Shown: piece after piece, positions 42,301 to 51,900 of the stretch
Position numbering within the stretch: position 1 is the stretch's first letter
Layout of the letters: each line of letters starts with the position of its first letter
Assembly: GCA_002633005.1 (NCBI GenBank)
Contig: NMRA01000398.1
Span: 186,607 to 250,606, forward strand
Direction: 5' to 3'
Length of the DNA: 64,000 nt
Source: Phoronis australis
Taxonomy: Eukaryota > Animalia > Phoronida
Translations under genes and position numbers: made by a program
Notes under the pieces: model-generated
The model's input: only the letters and a program-made list of their open reading frames with translations
Told to the model about the DNA's origin: nothing
The model's database searches: none

Positions 42301-45300
42301 TTTTCTTCATCGAAGTCTCTAACACGGCTCGACTTTCCGCTGTGTTCCAGTCCACAGGATTCCGCCTGCCAACTACTACCAGGCCTACACCTGGCGTTGT
42401 ATATGATATAGAAGATAATGCTGACGCTGAACAAGAATCAGACATTGATTTTCAATTGAGCACATCAAAGTTGTGCGCTAAATGGTCAGGTTTTCACCAC
42501 TACAGAGATACATTAACATATGAAGTTGCCATTGGCTCGAAGAAGAATCAGTCGGACGTCCACCCATTTACAACAGTCATCAATGCAGATTCCCACTGTT
42601 TTTTGGGGTTATCCCTTTTTGACAAGACATTGTATTACGTCACAGTAGTAGCCAAAGGATCCATAGGTAATGTTTCGGTATCGTCTGATGGGGTAAAAAT
42701 CGTAGATCCGTCGTCTCACCAAGGAGAGCTCCAAGTATTTGATGGTTCTGGCTGTGCAGTGCTGTTATCTTGTTCCAATGACATGACTTATCAAGCCTCA
42801 CGTCTACACCTGGCCGGATGGTGGCGCCACTCAGGAGACCTAGACTCACATTTTACCCACTACTCACTATCAGTGGTTGAAGATAACTGTACTCAGCTAG
42901 CGAACAAAATTTCGTGTAGAGAAGTTGGATTGATATCGTCGAAAAAAAATGTTGGTAAAGTTAACAGCTATATCGTGGGTAATTTAAACCTGGAAAATGG
43001 AAAACGGTATCATTTAAGAGTTGCCCTGTGTTTCCACTCAAAATGTCTACCGGAAGTCACTTCATCAGGTGTAATGATTTACAGCAGAAACGTGCAACCG
43101 TCCAGTGTCAAAGCTGTTGTTTCCAACGCAACTAAAGTGGAAGACAGCATGACGATCACAATACAAGCTGAGTGGACTCCATTTTCAGTGACCGAAGGAA
43201 CACTTCAGAGCAAAGCGATCGAACATCAGTGGGCAGTGACGTCAGAAGCAGACGGCGTTGGTCTAATCACGCCGTGGGCAAACGTATCCACAGCTTTCAG
43301 CACTAATACAATTACGGTAAATGAACTAGCCAAATTACTTCACATTATGGACATGTATTGAAGATGCACTAGTTGCTTCTGACACTAACGCTACACTGTA
43401 ATACATAGGTGGTGATCAAACTTGTTTCATACGCATAGAACATTCACCCAGAACAAAGTGATATTCACGGCTTGCTTCAACAAATAGCTTCGCCGTGGCT
43501 AACTCAGCTTATTTCAGTTTGAATTGTACTATTTCGGCTAGACGTAACAATCATTGCATGCCGGGACATTGGCAATATTTTCTTTTTGTTGAACGGCGAC
43601 TTTAAGCCATTTAAAAGTCGTAGAAGCTTCAGCATGTCATTGATCTTTTTCCGGATACATTATGAGGCAGATAATTGAGAGATAGTTTTCATTCCGAGCG
43701 GCCGCGCAACCTGACGTAGATACTCGATCATTAGAGACCACTGCAGTTTTAGTTGTATTAAAGCAGCTGAAGTCCATTTCATATATGTAAAATTAACTGC
43801 CAATTCACTGACCAAACGAGTAACTTCCTGACATTCTCAGAATTTTGGTTATCCGAAAATTTGTTGTCATTGTTTTACAGGTAACACACACAATGCATCT
43901 GAAGCGCAGGCCACTGAAGGAGATCTACTTCTCTGTGAAGGGATATAATCCTCTAAGAGCATTTTCTGTCGCCTCAACGCCTCTCATCTTCGAGATCTCG
44001 GACACTGGAATTGACGAGGGACATTACGTTTTTGATCTGCGTGCGAATGTGAGTGTGCGCCATCTTATAAATAGCGAGAAGCTCGAAGAGAAAGTTCGTG
44101 CATTACACAAGTTGGACATGGACTACATTAACGATCCGACGACTGTTTCCGCTGCTGTCACTGGTCTTCGATATCCATGGTACAATTGGTACATAACAGA
44201 CACACCAGGGGCTGTCCACCACTACATTCAGTATTCTTATAATCTCACCGGTCATAAAGTAAATGGAACTAATGCAACCATGCCAATGCCTTTGGGCTGC
44301 TCCAAGGGTATGAAGGAATGCATTGGCGACGAAATCCGTACTATCGACAACTTCGTCACCTTTTCGGGCTTGAAACTACAACAGGGAAAAAAGTACTTCA
44401 CATGTGTCCACAGCGACCAGACAGAAGTAATCCGAGAAAAGTCGAAAGAGGTTCTTCCAGAATTGCGCATCTGCAGTAATGGTTATATAGTGGACACAAC
44501 TCCTCCAAGTCCAGGGTTTGTAGCTATAAATACGTTAAAACACGGGTACACGCAGAACAATCGTGAGCTGGTCATCAGGTGGTGGGGATTCGCCGACATC
44601 GAAGAGTCTGTGGCAGGTGCAATGTTCCATTCTTCGGGAATTAAAAGTTATAAATACGGTATAGGTAAGTGTGAGGGCTGTTTTATGCGCCCACATATTT
44701 ATAGGTGGACGCATTATGCCGTCATCTCTGCGCTAGTAGAAGCGATAACAGCGAACTCACAAGTGAACTCTCCTACATTATACTACACTCCTTGTTCTTA
44801 CTATAATGAGGACGGCTCATGGTGATTTTCCGACGACTGCAACTACTGTGGCGCCTTCTAGTGGCAATTTATTTTTTGCGCCCATGGCTGTATCTCTATT
44901 TGCAGGATCATTACTACTAAATTTAGCAAGAGTATTTATACGATGTTGACAAAGGACGGCGACGACTTTGTGATGGATCAGGCTACCAGTGTGCCCCCTA
45001 GTGGCAATTTTATTTTTTTACGTTTACCTCTTTATCTTGAAAGGCCCTTAACAGGTTTTCATAAATTTTGGTATATAGGCATATACATGTATTAGTGACA
45101 TGACGCTATCTATCTGTTTTTGGAAGGAATTGAGGTAATTTGAGCCACCCAGTGGCCGTACTTGTTGTCTTTGGAATCACCCTCTATCAACCAAATCATT
45201 CCAAATTATTAAAACTAGTAAAACTAAAACAAGTTGCGTTGGTACTAAAATATGCGTGAGGAATATTTTTAATATATTTTAGATTTACTATTTTATATTT

Positions 45301-45880
45301 TATCCGTCGGTAACTGCACGGCATTCCAGCATCTATTTGAAATCATTCTAAGGATGATTTTGAAAATTGGAGTATTATGTTCTCAGTGTGAAGAGGACGG
45401 GTGACGATGACCACTTTGACTATTGTGACCCCTATCTTTGTTTTGTTTTGCGCCCATACATGTACATGTAGCTGTATTTCCTTAACCCATTGCATGATCT
45501 TTATTAATATGTATCCTGTGTATGCAGTATGTATCTGAAGCTAACAACAGACGACGACGACTTTTACCCTGATCCAACGAGCGCTGTGCCCCTGAGTGGC
45601 AATTTTATTTTTTTGCGTTTTGGTTTGATTTGGTTCTCTCAAGTTCCTGGACAGATTTTTATGAAATTTGTTAAATAGCTTTCTAAAGCGATGGTATGTT
45701 CTTGTTTTTGGATGGATTTAACGTTTTTTGCCATCTAGTGACCATTTTAGGATACAAATAAACAACCCAAGAAGCACCCAGTTTGAGCAGCATTCGTAGG
45801 TGCTTTTCAAAGCTCCGCGTTGCTCTTGTTTATTTAATAAACTCAGTATCTAGAGCTTGGCAAGGCTGCGTGTATTCATG

Positions 45881-45924
<44 letters not shown>

Positions 45925-48900
45925 CGCGCGTGTGTGTGTGTGTATGGATGGCTGTGGATATAGATATGGCACCAATCCACTCGAAACCTTGTTTTTGAGT
46001 GAAATATTTCGCACAACTTACAGTTCCCGTGTTCATGTGACTATTGTAAATTGCTTGCTTAAAGGAACAACACCAGGCGGCGTGGATGTTCGCGAATTTG
46101 TTGATGTGGGTCAATCTCTGGGCACCACTGCAACTGGTCTGAATCTGGAATCAGGGAAGACGTACTTTGTTACAGTCAGAGGTAAACTTGACCTCTCAGT
46201 TGTNTGTGTGTGTGTGTGTGTGCGCGCGCGCGCGCGCGCGCGCGCGCGCGTGTGTGTGTGTATGGATGGCTGTGGATATAGATATGGCACCAATCTACTC
46301 GAAACCTTGTTTTTGAGTGAAATATTTCGCACAACTTACAGTTCCCGTGTTCATGTGACTATTGTAAATTGCTTGCTTAAAGGAACAACACCAGGCGGCG
46401 TGGATGTTCGCGAATTTGTTGATGTGGGTCAATCTCTGGGCACCACTGCAACTGGTCTGAATCTGGAATCAGGGAAGACGTACTTTGTTACAGTCAGAGG
46501 TAAACTTGACCTCTCAGTTGTTACCGTTGTCGATTTCTCTATTCAGGATAGTCCTACATGTATGTTTTCGTAGCATTTTTATCATACTTTTTCTTGATTT
46601 TCTTGTTTACCTATTTAACAGCTTTGGATCACGTGGGATTCTCAGTGGATGCAGTTTCTACGGGAGTGTTTGTCGACACAACGCCGCCACAACCCAACTT
46701 TGTTCGAGTGGGCAGCTTAGCTCGTCACCGGTCAGTAGTCCGATGTGACCGATTAGAAATCCATTGGGGGGACTTCAAAGATCCCCACAGTGCTTTGATC
46801 AATTACATGGTAGCTATAGGAAGGCATGCGCATGGTCAGGACATCCTAGCTTTCACCGAAGTCTCCCACAACTTTATCATCTTGCAGGGACTTCCTCTCG
46901 TGGAGGGCCATCACTACTACGCGCAAATACTTGTACGTACAACTTTTCGAAATATTATCCAGTACTAATTTGAAAACCTAACTCAGTTTCGTCACGTCAC
47001 TTGCAGGTGGTCGCACTTCCCGTAGATACGAGAGCATTACCCAGGGGCTCTTTCTATATTGCTAATCACTCGCTAGTCACCGGAGGCGAGAACTCCTTCC
47101 TCATTTAATAATAGTTTGTCTCCATTCAACTCTGTAGTAGGCATTTTGTTAGCGCATGTTAGTGAGTTCGCGAGCTTATTCACGGGACACTAGCATTTTA
47201 ATCGCACAAGCCTGCGTCGAAAGAAATTCGCAAGCTAAGACACTTACTCACAGTGTCACAAAGTCCTCCTCGTTTCTGATACAGACAGTCTTTCTGTACG
47301 GCAGTCAAAGCGTTGGTCAAGCATACTGAATGAGCAGACTTTGCAAAGAATCAGAATTTGTGCCAAGGGTAAAAGAGGGTTAAACAGCGCTGTACTCTGT
47401 CTTAAGTGGTTTAGTGACTAATATATGTCAATAATTTCATTGTTACATCTTTGTGATTAAAAATGTCCTCGATGTGTAATTAGAGTCTGTTTTTTTGCAT
47501 TGCCATCTTAACCTTGTTACTTTCAGGCCACAAATGTAGTTGGGTTGTCTGTTTTTGCAAACTCTCCTGTTTTCTCGTGTGATAAAACGGGACCAGCCGT
47601 AGGCTACGTCTACGATGGACCCGACAGAAAACAGGTATGGTATCTACAGAAGTAACGAGACTTATACTTTTGTACACTGTAGAATTGATAAAGTACATTA
47701 CCATCATATAAAAAGGCGGAATCTGTTATTCTTATGTGTTCTTTAGCTTCACTGAATCTTTTTTTATGATCACAATTCCTTCTGTGAAGAGATACACCTA
47801 AACTGAATGCAAAAATAAATTCTTTGAACATAGACATCAGTTGAAATTTTTGAAATTTTGATTTGTTATACCAGAAAGCTAAACTCAACTCATTTCATAA
47901 CCATTCCACATACCTTGCACAGTTTCACCAATAATTAAAAGTAAAACATGTGTCTTTCCAAAATCGATCGCAGTATTTTCCCCATTGCTCACGGGATTCC
48001 AGGTCAACTACGTCGGATTTTTATCGTAATGACGTCATCGCTCAGTTTTCCAACCAGAGGGGCCGGGGCGAATAACTGTTTAGGCCTATTAAGTGGGGTG
48101 CACTTCTGTCATGAGACGTAACTTAGACTTGTTGCTTTGCAACCATTATCTGTGCAAACCCACATATCCCATGTATCTTTATTTTTATCAGTTGGAGTGT
48201 GGCAGAACAAGAATTCAATACAAGTACATTAATAGGCTTTTTACAATGTTCAGGGAATATATTTTAATCTCAACTATTCCTCTTCAGGGTGACTGGGATT
48301 ATCAGCAAGACACCACAGCGATATCAGCCAACTGGTTTGGCTTTCAAGATGGAGAGTCACGTGTTAGGTATTACATTGCCGTAGGAACAGAACGCGGGAA
48401 ACAGGATGCTCATACTTTTGAGATCGTTGGTCACGTAACAGGTAGAATGCCTTGGTTGTTGATCCTGGTGTTTTAAAAGTACATATACCTATCTAACTTC
48501 CTAAATATATGGTGCACAGCTTTTTTATTTTAAAAATTTTTGTTTTAAAACGCAATGCGTCCGAGTTCGTTACGACTTGCTCACCTTTATTGAAATTATT
48601 TTAGCCCAAACGGTTATCATGCGACTCATCCCAGGAGAAAAGTACTACGTCACTGTCAAAGCTTGTAATGAGATCGACATGTGTCGGACAGCGACATCTG
48701 ACGGTGTAGTGGCCGACAATTCTGCTCCACTCCCGGGCGTCGTCAAAGTAGGATATAATCCTGACTTCCATTCTACGTACCAGGCAGAAACGTAAGTAGT
48801 TCAACGTTTTTGTCAAGTGTGAGTTCAGCCTTGCCATGTAATTTTATTTTCTCAGCAGAGTATTCAACTCAATGAATATATGTCATTGTGAACATCAATC

Positions 48901-51900
48901 AAACCACTATGGCAGGCAAGGGATAGTACTCCTCAGGCGAATTCGAAGCCATGCACATGGGATTTGAACATGTCTTTTGGGACGTTTTTAAAATATTTGG
49001 GTTTGCTTTTCCATAGGACCGTTCTAACCTGATAAAAGATTTAACACGCAAAACTCTGCTAAAAAATTCTTGCACTGAGTATTGTAGTCTTCCATGCTAG
49101 TCTAAATTAATATTCTGTTCAGGCTAATGTCCATTATTGTGTCCTTTAGGTCCTCCGTCTCCATCCGATGGTTTGGATTCCATGATCCTCACTCGTATAT
49201 CCGTCAGTACGAATGGTGTATTGGTACGGATGACCTGGACGATTGCAGCGAGATCCCGTACACTAACGCCCATCTCGCAGAACAGGTTCATAAAGGCGGC
49301 CTGTCTCTTACACCCCATAAAAAACTGTACGTGAAAATTAAAGCAACAAACAATGCAGACCACGTAACTATCATGTCATCCCAACATTTCATTATTGATA
49401 ACACAGCACCGACTGCAAAGACGGCGCCGTCATTTAATGTGGATGGTATGTCACGTAAAGACAACACTCAATATGACCCATCACTAATTCGTGTTCATTG
49501 GGAATTTAGTGATGGAGAGAGTCCCGTTGTTCGTCACGTGGTCGACATTAAATCACACGATGACAATCAACATCCAGTCAGCGAATATCAAATGGACGCA
49601 GCCTCCCATGTGACTGTTATCTTACCTCGAGGTCGTCAGATGGCAGATGGTGACCATTATTGGGCGATAGTCACGGGATGCAATGCAGCTGGGCTCTGTA
49701 CTACAGCAACATCTAGCGCTCTGCTAGTTGATTCCACGCCCCCGCATTTGGGACACTTCAGTCACACATTAACTTATGGAGTTGATGGCTCGACGGCTTA
49801 CTTAGAATGGGAGGAGTTTTACGATGGTCAGTCTGGCATCGACAAATACGTGGTGGCGTTCGGAACTAGCTATCACAAGTGGGATATATTGCAACCAGCA
49901 GACGTCGTTTACGATTCCTCTTCTACAGTTCAGAGCAACACGTTTTCACTCACCAACAATATCAGCGCCGGTGACGTGGTGTACATTACCATTTACGCAG
50001 TCAATGGGGCTGGATTAACGTCAGATATTGGCCAGACCTCCGTGAAAGTTGTGTCTCCTGATAACTTATTCATTCAGCGGCATTCCTGCGTAGTGTTTGG
50101 GTGCAAGAAAGTCTGCTCATGCGGTGAATATGGAGGAACGTTTTACAACTGCAGACATGATGGCAATGAACAAGCTTGTACAAATACGTCAGGGCCTGGC
50201 AATCTCAATGTTGTCGACGGACTGGACATCAACAACGATCAGGACTACACGGCTTCTGATAAGTGCCTATCAGGCACGTGGTCATTACAGAGCAGTGCCT
50301 TCCGCTACGAGTGGGGGTTTGGCCGCAAGAAGCTAGGTGTTGGTAATGGTTTGCTCGATCTCGTCACGGAAAAGTTTGTCTTTGACAACGGTCTTGTAAA
50401 AACCGCTGTGTATTGCTTGCCGTATAATAAGGCACTTCTCCAGAGTAGGGACTACTCGCTATACGTGCGCTACTGGTGGAACGCAAATGATTATACAGAT
50501 GTTGAATCCGACGGAGTACGTGTTGACTTTACACCACCAAAAATTGCCAGAGGTTACGGTGTACGGGACACCGCTTCTGCCTCTGACAACGTGGACATTG
50601 AATACACACAATCAACTAGCGCCATCTATGCACGTTGGGATAAGACGTTTAGTGATGCTGATAGCGGAATTCATCATTTTGAAGTAGCAGTAGGCACGAC
50701 AGTGGGAGGTAAGAATAGTAGAAAAATACGGTCTAACTCTTGTGTTACCTTGAAGTTTTCTTCCGTATCCGCGTCTCGTGTTATGAAAATTTTAGATATC
50801 AACGTTTAATTGAATTTCCTGTGTTCCCTATAACGAACTTAATGCTAATGCCTTGTTCTGTGTTCCATTATAACATGGCTGACACAGCAGAGTATCTCGC
50901 ACATAACGACCTATGATTCAAACTAACAAATCGAGAAACAACCCGAGTTACAAGTATTGAACTCAAATCAGAGCTTAAATAATTGTTACGAGGTGGTGTC
51001 CTCAAATGCAACTTGGCTTTGGCAGTCATCCAAACAAACTATAATGTACTGGAGGATAAACTTTATTGTACACTTATCTTGAGTTTGTAAAGAACACTTT
51101 AGAACGGAAAATTCAAAGAATATATCACAGTCCAAGTCATAGTCGAAATATGCCCCATTGCTAAACAGGGTTCTTTAAAGCACAATTTAAAATAGATGGA
51201 CAATGGAAGTACAATTGTTAAATGCTTTTAACGTAAATAGAATACGAGCAATTGCATCATCTAGCTGTATTAAATCGACATTTTCTCAAGACTATTTTTA
51301 GCTTCATGCATTTATCCTGAGAGGTAAGGTATGGCAGCAGTTGAAGTACATTCTGTTTAAGGGTAAGACCACTTGAACTTTTCAGGTGACGAAATTTTGG
51401 GGCTGGAAGACGTTGGAACTGCGACGTCATTCGCCAAAACTGGTCTCAGAATTCCGCAAGGTACCAAATATTACGTTACTGTCAGGGCTGTAAATAAAGT
51501 TGGCCTTTCGGCTAACAAGACCTCGAATGGTGTTACTATTGACAACGAGCCGCCGCTTGGCGGAGTTGTATTCAACGGCAGATGGCGTCACCATCACCGT
51601 TTCATGTCAAGTAAAGATGCATTTGAAATCAGCTGGATTGGATTTAGTGATCTGCATTCGTCCATAAAGGAATACCATTGGGGCATCGGAGATAATAACG
51701 CGACTGCTAACGTCCAAAGCTTTCTAAACGTTGGAATGGCCAATTACGTTACCCAAACAAAGGTGTCGCTCAATCATGGTTCCTCCTACTATATCATCGT
51801 GAAGGCCGTAGATGCCGCTGGACACGAAACAATAGTTGCATCGCCATCGTTCACGTACGACGCTACGCCTCCTGCAGGCTATCGTGCGTCATCATTCGGT

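Noticed and set aside
45857-46573. 238-aa ORF with VCVC/RARA repeats
   Set aside because: Read-through of a microsatellite, intron and the duplicated exon 17 across an N gap; not a real protein.
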